From: Hyaloraphidium curvatum SAG 235-1
Lineage: Eukaryota > Fungi > Monoblepharomycota
Reading direction: 5' to 3'
DNA length: 64,000 nucleotides
NCBI GenBank assembly: GCA_025558095.1
Contig: JAIVFI010000025.1
Location: 248,001 to 312,000, forward strand
Part shown: positions 33,865-46,187 of the stretch, in pieces
Layout of the letters: every line of letters begins with the position of its first letter
Numbering within the stretch: the first letter of the stretch is position 1
Notes under the pieces: generated by a model
Seen by the model: the letters and a program-made list of their open reading frames with translations, nothing else
The model's database searches: none
Told to the model about the DNA's origin: nothing
Made by a program: the position numbers and the translations under genes

Positions 33865-35581
33865 CTACATCTCGGCGAGTACATCGCGAAGTGCTACCGC
33901 GAACGCGAATACATCGGCGAACCGGTTGTACAGGGGCGCCGGCGAGATGCGGATCACGTCGGGCGTTCGCACGTCGCAGACGACTCCCTTCGCGGTCAGG
34001 GCGTCGAACACCGGCTCGACCGGCCGTCGGAGGAATTTCAGCGAGATCTGGCAGCCCCGTCGTGACGGTTCCCGGGGTGTGATGATGACGCAGTCCTCGG
34101 GGCTAGTCCATTCGTCAATCAGGAGCTCCAGGTACCCCGTCAGCAGCAGAGATTTGGCGCGCAGATCGGCCATGGAAGTCCGTTCGAAGACGTTCAGGCT
34201 TCCGAGCAGGGAGGTCGTGGCGAGAACGCTGGGGTTGGACAGCTGGTAGCCGGCGGCGCCCGGCAACGCGCTGAAATCGGCACCCATATCGAAGCGGGTT
34301 GTCTGCGGGAGCGTGAGCTAGCTGTCGAGAGAAATGCAATCGAAGGAAGCGCACCTTGTCGTGCCCCCACCAGCCTGCCAAGCTGTGCGCCCGACTTGGC
34401 AGTCAGCTCCCAATTCGGGGCGACGTCGAGCAGAACCCACCGCGGTCTTCTGCCGCCCGAATGCCGTTCGTGGACGAAAGCTCCCGCAATGCCTCCCGGT
34501 CCAGAGTTCAAGTACTTGTACGTGCACTGCGCGAGGTCGGGCACTCGGCGTCAGAATGGACGCGTCGGCGATGGTAGCGAGAACATGCCCAGCACGCAAA
34601 GTCCACGTCCCAGTCGTGAAGCTTGAGTTCGATGTTCCCAACAGCGTGTGCCAGATCGAACCCGACCACGCAACCCTGCGGAAGCCGGGCGCTTCAGCGC
34701 CTTCGCACCGTCCTGCACCGGGCTAGACAGACACACCATCTCGTGCGCCGCGGCGGTGATGCGCTCCATATCGAACGCCTGTCCCGAGTAGTAGTGCACC
34801 CCTCCTATCAGCACGAGCGCGATGCTGTCGCCGTGGGCCCGCAGGAAGGACACGATGTCGTCCTCCTCGATGACGTGGCCGCCGGGCCGCGGGCCCACGG
34901 ACACGAAAGCCTCCTTCGGATCGTAGCCATGAAGCTCAATCTGAGACTGGATGGCGTACTGGGCACGGCGAGCCTCGTCAGCCGCTCCGGGCAGCGAGGG
35001 CGCTGCCGCAACCACGCACACGATCGGAAGGGAAGGCCTTGTCCTCCACCAGGATCTTGTACCGCTCCTTTGTCGGCGTGTAGAAGGAAATCTGCGGCGG
35101 CAGGCAAGTTGCCGCGGACACCGGGGTCTTGGCCGGGGGGCCTCACCATGAGCAGGTGGAGGTTCACGGTGAGGGAGTTCATGATTGCCACCTCCAGAGG
35201 CCTGGCCCCGACGATGCGGGCGCTCTTGGCGACCACCTCCTCGTCCACCGTCACCCACGGCCGCGCGTGCGGGTGGTCAAAGTGGCCGTCGACGCCCCTG
35301 CCTGCCCAGACGTCGAACTCCTCCTCCACCAGCCTGCGCGACTCGCGCGGCAGCAGGCCCAGCGAGTTGCCGCACAGGTACACGAGGTCGCGCGCGGGCG
35401 GCGGCGGAGCGGCGGGCGACGGCGAGGCGGCGGCGTGGGCGCGGCGCGGCGGGATGGCGAACTCGGCGCGGAGGTGCGCGAGCGGGTCGGCGGCGTCCAT
35501 CGCGGCGGCGAACGCGTCCGACGCGGGCGGCACATTGCGGCGCGCGGCCTCTGCGCGCAGCCGCTCGGCCGGCGAGCCCAT
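33865..35581 (-). CDS. BNA5: Kynureninase
   Basis: [70 protein letters not shown]. Confidence 0.96.
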
Positions 35582-35678
35582 CGGGGGCAAGTGGGCGCGG
35601 CGGGTGGGCGGCAACGACTGATCCGATCGCCCCTTCGCAGCATCAGTCACGGCACCGCGTCACCTCCCAGCTCGCCCG

Positions 35679-38299
35679 ATGCTGAGCCGCCCGGCGCTCG
35701 CGGTGGCCGCCGCATCGCGGCTGTCGGCGTGCGCCGCGGCCGCCGCCGTGCGGTTGCCGGCCCCCGCACGCCACCTCGCCATGCTCGGCGGGCCCGCCCG
35801 CCCCCCGCGACTCCCGGCCGCGTAAGACGCGTTGCCCGGCGCATCAGCGGGCCTCGCGTGTGCTGACGGTCGTCGAAGCCTGCCCGGGCGCAGCCTGCCC
35901 GCCGGACGCGTGTTGGACCCCGTGCGCGGCCCTGGCGTCGCGCGAAGGGCCCTCGCCTCGTCAGGTGAACGCGCCCGATCGCGGCATCGCTGGCCTCCGC
36001 CAACGCGCGAACCACCTCCCTCAGCGCTGCCGCCTCACCGGGTGGTCGATCTGCCCGCGATGAGCCCGACAATGAGCGTTGGTCGGTGCCCTCCCGGCCG
36101 TGGCACAGGGCGGGTCAGCTGAGCCGTGTTCCCCAGGCAACGTCGGGCCGTGGAAGAAAAAGGTCGGGGACAAGATCAGCGCCGGGGACGTGCTGGTCGA
36201 GATCGAGACCGACAAGGCCACGGTGCGCCGCCTGCCGCGCCGACCCGGTGGCACTCCAACAACCCGCCCCGCAGATGGATTTTGAGTCGCAGGAGGAGGG
36301 CTTCTTGGCCAAGATTCTGATCGAGGGTGGCGCCAAGGATGTTCCCGTCGGGAAGGTTGGACGCCGCTTTCTTCCCAGGACATGAACTGACGTCTAGGCG
36401 CCATGACCGCTTAGCCGCTTGCTATCTTCGTGGAGAATGCGGGGGACGTGCAGGCCTTTGCCGATTATGTCGTGGATTCCTCGGCGTCGCCTGCCGCTTC
36501 GACACCGGGGTCGGCGCCAGCCCCGGCCGCGGCCGGTCCCGCCCCCAGCAACCCGGACGCCTTCCCTCCGCACCAGGTCATCGGGCTGCCTGCCATGAGC
36601 CCGACCATGGAATCAGGTGGGCGGATGCGCGCTACGCAGTCGGGTGTGGACTAATGCCGATCTCGGTCCAGGCAACGTCGGGGCCTGGAAGAAGAAGGAG
36701 GGGGACAAGGTCAACCCGGGTGATGTCTTGGTCGAAGTCGAGACCGACAAGGCGCAGGTGCGGCCGCAGGAGCCGAAGATTCACGTGCGTACTAAACCGT
36801 TCCCGCCAGATGGACTTTGAGTGCCAGGACGAAGGGTACCTGGCCAAGATCCTTGTGCCTGAAAACACCAAGGACGTGAAGGTCGGCCAGGTGAGCCCAC
36901 CGCTCCCTTTTGCCGGGCCGCTGCTGACGGATGCATCAGCCGCTTGCCATCTTTGTCGCGGATGCCGCAGACGTCCCGAAGTTTGCCTCCTATGTGCCAG
37001 CCGGTACCCCTAGCCCCGCACCGCAGGCTCCTGCTCCGAAACCCGCTGCTGCTGCAGGCAAGTCATCTGGCGTCGCGGGCGTGCTCTGGCCTGACAATGT
37101 TCCAAGTAGCTTCGTCGCCGCCCCCTCCTGCTCCCAAGGCAGGCTCCCCGAAAGCCGCGGCGCCTTCGACCCCCCGCTCTCCTACCGGTAAGTACAAGGA
37201 GCTCGCAACTCGGCCTTAATCTGTGGCTGAACGAGATCGCTTCAGACCGCGTAAAGGCGAGCCCCCTGGCCCGGAAGCTGGCACGAGAAAAGAACGTACC
37301 TCTGGAGGACATTGCCGGCCGCGGTCCGCGCGGCCGGATTGTGAAGGCGGATGTCGACAGCTACACTCCGCGGGCCCAGCCTGCTGGTGCCGTTCCGGCG
37401 AGACCAAGGGCGCCTCGGGTCCGCCCGGCCGAGCCGTTCACGGACGTGCCGTTGACCAACATGCGCAAGGTGGATTCCCCGTCGCAATTGCCCACCCGAA
37501 CGAGTCGTAACCGTCGTTGCGCAGGTGATTGCCAAGCGCCTTTCAGAATCCAAGAACTCGATCCCGCACTTCTATCTGACGATGGAGATCGAAATGGACC
37601 GCGTCTTGAAGTGCGTTGATCCAGGCGGGAGGTGATGATGGCAGCGGTGCTGATGTGGCGTTCCGCCAGGCTCCGCGAGATCCTGAACGCCCAGGCTGCC
37701 GACAAGTACAAGCTGTCCGTGAACGACTTCGTCGTCAAGGCGGCCGCGCTGGCTCTCCGGGAAATGCCCGAAGTCAACTCCGGCTGGAACGGAGAGTCCA
37801 TCAGGCAGTACAACAGCGTGGACATCAGCATCGCCGTCGCCATCGACAGCGGCCTGATCACGCCGATCGTCTTTGATGCGGACTCCAAAGGCATCGCCAC
37901 GATCTCGAACGACATCAAGGATCTGGCCGCGCGAGCCAAGAAGGGCAAGCTCCTACCCCAGGAGTTCCAGGCACGTGGCACGCGAGAGGGGACCGTCGAT
38001 AACTGGGTCTGACCTTCCTCCTTGAACAGGGCGGCTCTTTCTCCATCTCGAACCTGGGGATGTTTGGGATCAGCCATTTCACGGCCATAATCAACCCGCC
38101 CCAGGCATGCATCCTGGCCGTGGGAGGCACCACCCAGAAGGTGGTCCCTGACGAGGAATCCAAGAGCGGCTTCCGAGCTGTCTCGGTGATGAACGTGACG
38201 ATGAGCTGCGACCACAGGGTGGTGGACGGTGCTGTGGGAGCACGGTGGCTGCAGAAGCTGAAGGCGAATTTGGAGCACCCGCTGGGGCTGGTGCTGTAA
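35679..38299 (+). CDS. LAT1: Pyruvate dehydrogenase E2 (dihydrolipoamide acetyltransferase) with two lipoyl domains
   Basis: Two LPAMSPTM...ETDKA domains; [10 protein letters not shown]3-binding domain; [16 protein letters not shown]; [13 protein letters not shown]. Confidence 0.96.
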
Positions 38300-38330
38300 A
38301 CCGATGTTGGACTCCGCTCATACACACGGC

Positions 38331-39785
38331 TTAGTCGCTCAGCAGCCCCGCTATTTCCTTGTCGTTGTACCCCAGGAGGTAGAGCACGTTCGTCAGGCTC
38401 TTCTGGTTGATCCTGGCAGGTGCCTTCTCCTGGACCCTCTTCTTTGCGTTGAAGGCAATGCCAAGCCCCGCCTTTGCCAACATCCACAGATCATTGGCAC
38501 CATCGCCCACAGCGATGACCTGCGACATGGTCACATCAACCGCCGCCGCCTTGCGGAACGAGGGGGTTCAACGCACCTGATCGTAGACAAGGGCCTCTGC
38601 TTGCGCCAACACCTCCAGAAGCTCAGCCTTGCGCTCGCCATCGATGATCGGTCCGAGGGTTTTCCCCGTGAAAGTCTTTCCGTCCTCGGACACCTCGAGC
38701 TGAAGCGAATCGTGAAGTTCGCAAGCAGCTATAGACGTGCCAAGCAAGCCGACTCCACCTGGTTAGCAAAGGCGTAATCGAGGTTCAGTTCCGCCTTGAC
38801 GTGCAGCGCGAGCGGCAAGAAGCCCCCTGCGGTCACATCAGTAAGACCTTGCGGGGAACAACCGCAAACGCGCCCCACCGGAAATGACTGCCAACCGGTA
38901 TCCCAAACGCTTCAAGGCTCTACAGAGCTGCCGGGCGCCTTCGGTGAAGACGATCATCTCCCTCACTCTGTCGAGCGTTTCGACGCCCATTCCTGCCAGC
39001 AGAGAAACGCGGCGGCGCAACGATTCCTTGAAATCGATCTCGCCGTTCATGGCGGCCTCGGTGATCGCCTACGAATCACATTACCGCGGTTCCGAGGCCG
39101 CGTTGCAGCGGCTCGGGCTCACCGAGACCTTGTCGACTACACCGGCGTACTTGGCCAATTCGTCGATGACCTCCTGCTGGATGAGCGTCGAGTCCATGTC
39201 AAATACAACGAGCCGTTTGTTCTTTCGGTAAACGTTGTACGGCATTATGGCAATGTCCGTTGCGTGTTCCACGCTCAACTGGAACGTTTTGGCGCGGAAC
39301 TCGGCCATGTCCGTCGCTCGGGGAACAGTCAGCCTGAAATCGGCCACGCGGATGCTGCCCTCGTTCAGCCGCTCCACCCTGTCGATCTGTATGTCGAAGC
39401 TGTCCAGCAAGGAGGTCCAAAGATGGAGGAATTGAGGGGACAAGCCGTGCTCGTTCAGCGTCGTCGCCGAGAGCTTTGTCCGCTGGTTGCCCTCCAAGGA
39501 TGTCCGCCGAGATTCGTCCAATTCATAGCGGATGATACAGTCCGAGGACCGCGCGATGTCCGAGAGCTCCTCCAGGACACGTTTCGGGTCCCCGCCGGCG
39601 GAAAAGGTGACCGCCAGCTGCATGTCCGCCCAAGTCGATTGGGACAGGGAAAAATCGTCCACGTCGCAGTCCCGGGCAGCAAGGCAGGCCATTGCCTTTG
39701 CTACAATGTCCGTCCCGTGTTTCCCCGAGAAAGAAACGTACACCCGGCTGGGACGCGTGGTCCCGTTCAGCACCGGGCTCGACAT
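38331..39785 (-). CDS. SER2: Phosphoserine phosphatase SerB with N-terminal ACT-like domains
   Basis: LVVFDMDSTLIQQEVIDELA, AMNGEIDFKESLRRRV, ISGGF, AVGDGANDL, AGLGIAFNAK. Confidence 0.92.
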
Positions 39786-40007
39786 GCCCGGATAGTTTCC
39801 GACTATTGAATGCAGTGTTTTCCGTCTCCTTCTGTCAAATCAGAGCCCGGGCACTACCGGCGGCAGGGCCTGGGGTTGTTGGTGGAAGCGTGATGGGCAG
39901 TCACACCCCCGTTCGAACCCTTCCGGACGCAGGAGCCGCATTTCCCTGGGTGTGCCATCGCAGCCCCTCAAGCCCGCTGTTCGAATTATTCGCGGTCCGC
40001 GGCAACC

Positions 40008-40759
40008 ATGGGCGAAGTGGTCCTCGACCCGGAGATCAAGGAGGCGTGAGGACAAGGCGTTGCGACTCCGACGGACTCCGACCGACAGCTATTCATTCAG
40101 ATACGAGGCAGTCCGATCTGATGACGATAAGACCGACTGGTTGCTAGCTGTATATGAAGATGGCAAAAAGGATTCGCTGAAACTGGCGGGCAAAGGCACC
40201 GGAGGCGGGTGGAGCGACCGGAGTCACTGGATGCTTGCGAACCTAGCGCAGGCCTCGAGGCGCTGAAGGCCGAACTCAAGGACGACGCCTGTGCTTACGG
40301 TTACATCGGAATGGACGTCGGAAATGACGAGCTGAGCATCAGACGGAAGGTGCGTCCATGATTGACAGCGCAGGACTCTCCCCGGCCCTAACTTCGACCT
40401 CTCCAGTTTGTTCTGGTCTCGTGGACGCCTGCAAACGTGTCTGTGATGCGGCGCGCAAAGGTGTCGGTGCACCTGGCCGGGGTCAAGAAGGTGAGGACCT
40501 CGATCGGCAGCTTCTTCTACCCCTTTGACCACGTCGCAATCGCCGGGGCTCCTAACCACGACAACACGTGCGCCGCAAGGTTTTGAGCGTGTTCTCGATT
40601 GAGGCGCCGGCTTCGACACTCCAGGATCTCGACTACAAGGAGATCGAGACGAGGTACGTGCCAACTTCTGACTGGAGGCCGGAAAGACCTTCTCACAGCT
40701 GGAACTGGTCCAGGGTGAAGAAGAGCATGGGTGCGAACTACGATGGGCAGGCCCGATAA
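40008..40759 (+). CDS. Coactosin-like ADF-H actin-binding protein, multi-exon
   Basis: EIKEAYEAVRSDDDKTDWL, RKFVLVSW, VMRRAKVSVH, KSMGANYD. Confidence 0.85.
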
Positions 40760-40835
40760 CATACCCTGGTGTAGAGACGACGGGTGGCGCTCTGTAGCCG
40801 TCGCTGGGGACTCCGGGCGGTTTCCGTAACCTAAT

Positions 40836-42019
40836 CTATTTCGACATCGTCCTCGCTGACCTGCTCCGGGTCCGGCATAAAGAGCTCGAAAACGGTGAAC
40901 GACGGAAACGTGACCAGCAAGCACTGCCGGCGATTGTCGTCAGCGCGGGTTTGTCCACCGATCGCGCACACCCACCGCCTTCCGCAGCTGATCCACCACG
41001 AACCGCTCAATCTTCCCCACGTTCTTGAGGACTGTGGAGACGCTCATCAGTATCGCACAATCGCGGCAAGGAACAACCACCTTGTCGGTTGCCGTCGCCA
41101 ATCTCAGAGTCGATGGCAAAGTCCTCGAGAAATCTGACGGCCGAGAGTCAGCTGGTACGGTGGGAAACACCATTCGAGCCACCAACTGGGATGAAGGTGC
41201 CGGATGCTTGAGGCAAAAGACGATCCGATCCCGAAGGTACGCCATGACGGCGACGGCTGCGAGCGTTGGTCATACGGCAGGTCCGGCACATTACGTTCCG
41301 AGAACCTGCTCACCGGAGAACGTCAAGGACGTCAGCGTCAGCGTCATTGGAAGCGTCAGGAACGCTTCGGTTGGTTGGTTGATTATGAGCTCCGTGGCGA
41401 TCTTGAGGGACATATTGCCCTTATATCGGACCGCCACCTCCAGCTGCACGTCCGTCTCTCCTCTGGGAAGCCCATCAGCGTCCTGGCTCAAGCCTTCTGT
41501 CCCATCATCGGCCACGTCGAAGCCTCGGTCGCTGCGAGCCGACTGGCGGTCGCGCCCGTTGTCGCCCCACCGACGGGACCCGGTCCCGACCGATTCCGCG
41601 TCAAAGTTGGACGAGCGGCCGAAGCGCCGAAGATAGTGGCTCCCGTCGAATGTTCCCGGGTCGGAAGAAAAGTCCGTCGGAACCCATAGCTCGGTGGGTT
41701 CGTTCGAAAAGGAACGGGACGCCCCCGTCTCCGTGTCGTTGTCATCGTCCGCGTCGCTCGCGTAGAACTCGGGCCACGGCTCCGTAAGGTTCACTATCTG
41801 CACAGGGCTTCGCGGTAAGGCGCCTCGCGCGGCTCAGGCGAGGCGCGCGGCGAGAACCTCGACTTCCGGCGGCAAGTCCCCGAAGTCGAACTCCAGCATC
41901 GAAATCGGCCCGATGAACGACGGACGCTCGACCCGCGCAAAGTAGTCATTAAGCACGTTCAGGACCGTCGCTGCGAGCTCCGTATCCTTCAGGAGGGACC
42001 AATTGATGTCGAAGGACAT
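40836..42019 (-). CDS. MDM12: ERMES subunit Mdm12 (SMP domain); last exon approximate
   Basis: MSFDINWSLL...RPSFIGPISMLEFDFGDLPPEVE; ELIINQPTEAFLTLP; VLKNVGKIERFVVDQLR. Confidence 0.9.
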
Positions 42020-42158
42020 CCTCGCATGCAGTTCCTTTTCGTCCCGATCACGCCTTGACCGCGCCCACCAGGACCGATCGAGACCAAGGGGACGGTAGAA
42101 GGGCAACCGGAACGTCCTTTCGAAGGTCCCCTCAATTGATGTCAATACACCCTCACCC

Positions 42159-44517
42159 TCAAGCCGTAGCGGCCATCTTTTCCTCCTGGCAATCGAGCGG
42201 CGTCACTACACTGCGGATGCACGTCACCGCAGCACCTCACCTTTCGATTCGGTCCAAACGCGGCCGAGCACTTGGCCATCGTGCTGCTTGCTCTGCTGAT
42301 GACGTCCGTCATGTAGAAATCCGAGATGGGGAGCGTGAAGGGACCGGCCGACTTCTTGGCCGCGCTCGCGGCCAGGGTCGACAGACCGAGCTGGGTGAGC
42401 GACGGTGCCTCCACCACATCGTAGTGCGTCAGGGACGGTGCGACGTCCCCGAGGCGGTCCCGAACGGAGGGAAGGTCGTCGTACGGGAGAGTGGCGCCGG
42501 CGACCTCGGAAAGAGCGCGAATGATCTTCCAGTCCTCGCGCGACGCGCCGGGCGGCGGCACGGCCGCGCGCGACACCTGCGTCCTGCCCTCGGTGTTGAC
42601 GAAGGTCCCGCTCTTCTCCGTGTAGGCGACTCCGGGCAGGATCACGTCCGCGTAGTAGGCTCCCGTGTCCCCGTGGTGTCCCTGGTAGACGACGAACGCG
42701 TCCTTGGGTATGTCGGCGGGGTTGATGTCGTCCGCACCGAGGAGGTAAATCAGCTTGGGGCTGGCCTTGGCGGTCGGAGCGGCCCCGACGCCAAGATCCA
42801 GCGCCGCAGCCCAGCTTGCGTTCTGGGAGACACACCAGTCAGTGCCGACCGAACACGAACGGCACCAGCCTGCCCACCCTCTGGAGGACGCTGAAGCCGT
42901 TCCAGCTCTCCTGGACAAACTTGTCCTTGTGCTTCTCGACCAACTTGGACAAGGCCGCAAAGACCGAAGCGGCATCCTCACGCTCGAGGACCGAGCTGCC
43001 CACGAGTATGAGAGGCTTCTTTGCCGCAGTCAGCTTCTCGCTGAACTTGTGCGTTCCGTCGACGACGCTCTGCAGGGCAGAGGGACTGTCACCGATGTGC
43101 TCAAAGTCGTAGTTGAGGTCGGGGGCCTGGCCGACGAGGCCGACATCGAGGTTGTTGAACAGGAAGGCCTTGCGGATCCGGGTGTTGACGAGCGGAGCCT
43201 CCAAGCGCGGGTTGGAGCCCACGATGAGGAGGCAGTCGGCCTCCTCGACCGCTGCGATCCCCGTGTTGAACAGGTAGTTTGACCGGAAGTCCGCGTTGGG
43301 AAGCTTCACCCCGGCGGGGCTGTCGAGCGCGAGGTTCTTCGAGCCGAACTTCGCAAACAAGTCCTTCAGCGCCACGATGCTCTCGGCATCGACCAGCGGC
43401 CCCACGTAGGCCTGCATGGCATCGCCGCTCGTGCTGTTGAGCGCGTCGGCGACCGTCGTCAGCGCCTCCTCCCACGTCGCCGGGACAAAGTTGTCGCCCT
43501 GGCGGACCATGGGCACCGTCAGGCGCTGGCGCTTCAGCCCGTCGTACGCGTAGCGCGTCTTGTCGGAGATCCATTCCTCGTTGACATCCTCGTTCAGCCG
43601 GGGCAGGATGCGCATGACCTCCACGCCGCGCGAATCGACGCGGATGTTGCTCCCGACGGCGTCGAGCACGTCGATCGACTCGGTCGTCTTGAGCTCCCAC
43701 GGGCGGGCAGTAAAGGCGTACGGCTTGGAGGTCAGCGCGCCGACGGGGCAGAGGTCGATAATGTTAGCCGAGATTTCCGACGTGACGGCCTGCTCGACGT
43801 AGGTGCCGATCTGCATGTCGTTGCCCCTGCCGGTGGTGCCCAGCTCCAGCGCGCCGGCAACCTCGTTGGCGAAGCGCACGCAGCGGGTGCAGTGGATGCA
43901 GCGGTTCATGGACGTCTTGACGAGCGGGCCAAAGTCCTTGTCCTCTGTGGCGCGTTTGCCGGCGGGCTCGTAGAAGCGGCCCCGGTCCGCGCCGTAGCGC
44001 ATCGACTGGTCCTGGAGGTCGCACTCGCCGCCCTGGTCGCACACGGGGCAGTCCAGGGGGTGGTTCATGAGCAGGAACTCCATGACGCCCTCGCGCGCCT
44101 TCTTGACCATGGGCGTCTCGGTCTTGATCTTCATGCCCGGCATCACGGGGAACGCGCAGGACGCCACCGGCTTCGGCGCCTTCTCGACCTCGACGAGGCA
44201 CATGCGGCAGTTGCCTGCGATGGCGAGCCGCTCGTGGTAGCAGAACCTGCGGACGCTCAGGTGCGAAGCGGTGCGCGGCGACGCGAATCGCACCTCGGGA
44301 TGCTGACGCCGGCCTTCTCGCACGCCTGGATGGCCGCGCTGCCCGCCTCGATCTTGACGGGCACGCCGTCGACGAACACCTCGACCTCGGCGCGGCGCGC
44401 CGCCGTCGCCGAGAACAGCCGCCGCGGCGCTGCGGAAATGTCAGCGCGCCGCCGCGCCGCCGCAATCGCGCACGCACCGGCGCGGCCGAGCCGGCCCGCG
44501 AGCAGCTTCGTCAGCAT
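42159..44517 (-). CDS. NDUFS1: NADH:ubiquinone oxidoreductase 75-kDa subunit
   Basis: [65 protein letters not shown]. Confidence 0.97.
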
Positions 44518-44626
44518 CGCGGCGGGCGGGCGGGCAGAGCCTGGAGACCAATCGCCACCGAGCGCACGCGCGTCCACCTACCGAACACTACTACTGCGAA
44601 ATCCCTAGGCGACTCCCGAAACCGCA

Positions 44627-46136
44627 ATGGAGGACTCGATGTCCTCGGGCGATGATGGCCCGGATGATATGGCCGACGCGTTCCTGTCGCCGACCAGCCC
44701 GACGTTCGCGTCGCCGATGTCCCCGGCAGCGCCGCCGAACGCACTCTCCTCCTCAGTGGGACGGGCGATGCCCTGCGCGTGCCTCGCTGATCGGCCGGCG
44801 AAGCAGCACAGCAGGACGCAGAGCGAGGTCGGCTTGAACGGCGAGACGGCGGTTGCTCCGGCCCCGGCGGCCCCGGCGGCCCCCGATCCCGCCCACGGCG
44901 CCCCGGAACAGCCCCTGCTGTCGTCGGTTTCCGATCTGCGGAGCTGGCTGATCAAGTGGGAAGCACCTATGCGTCTCGGATGCGTCCGCTTACGGGGACC
45001 GTCCGCAGCCCTGTTGCGCAGGGACGGCGCGTGCTGTGCAAGATCGTGCGAAGGAAGGACGGCATGGAGAAGTTCTACCCCTCGTACGAAATGTACATCG
45101 AGGAGCCGGACGACACGAGGACCTTTGTGCTGGCGGCGCGCAAGCGGAAGAAGAGCAAGTCATCCAACTACATCATAACCACGTCGAGGATCACCTCCGC
45201 CAAGCGGAAGGAGGACGTGGTCGCCAAAGTCAGGTGCGACCGCTGACGGGAAGTCCAATTGGCACTGGGGTAATTCCCGTGCAGGTCCAACTTTGTCGGC
45301 ACGGTTTTCACGATCTACGACAACGGCCGCAGTCCTGCAAAGCCGGCGAAGCCCGGCGCGGAGGACGACAGACCCTTGAGGCAGGAGCTTGCCACGGTTC
45401 TCTACGTGAGCTGCATGGGGCGGGACGTTTGGCTGGTCTGACCACAGTGCGAGATAGGAGCCCAACATCTTGGGTTTCAAAGGACCGCGGAAGATGTTGG
45501 TGCCTCTTCGGAGTCGCTGCAGCATTGGCTAAAGCTGCAGCACCCAGGACAGTGCTAATGCCGAGCATGACGAAGACCGGAGAACGCATCGCTTTCGCTC
45601 CCGCAGACGTGGGGTTCCTCGACGCATTCGATCGGGCACAGTGAGACTCACCGCCCGGACCTAGGAAAAGGACGGCTTGTATCAGCGCTACAAGACCTCG
45701 CGGGATCGAGAGATCTTGACGCTGCACAACAAGTCGCCGCAGTGGAACGAGGGTGCGTATGCGCTGCGGCCGAAGCGTGAGGAGGTGACTCACGTTGGCT
45801 GTCTCCAGAGACACAGTCGTACGTGCTGAACTTTAATGGCCGGGTTACCTTGGCATCGGTCAAGAACTTTCAGATCGTCCATGACAATGATCGTGAGTGT
45901 ACATTTGTGTGCTGCCGAGCCAAGCTGAAACGAACACGTCGCGCAAAGTGGACTACATCCTGCTCCAGTTCGGACGAATCCCCGAGGACTCCTTCACGCT
46001 CGACTTCCAATACCCTATGTCTGCCGTGACAGCTTTTGGAATCGCGTTGACGTCGTTCGACGCAAAGGTGTGCGGCCATGCGCTGTTGCCCGTCATGGCC
46101 ACCGACCCGTTGCTTCTCCAGCTCGCGTGCGAATGA
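44627..46136 (+). CDS. Tubby-family protein
   Basis: [73 protein letters not shown]. Confidence 0.95.
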
Positions 46137-46187
46137 TCCCGCGCCTCTGTACCATTTTCTGGATTCGTCGCCGGCACCGCTAGGACT

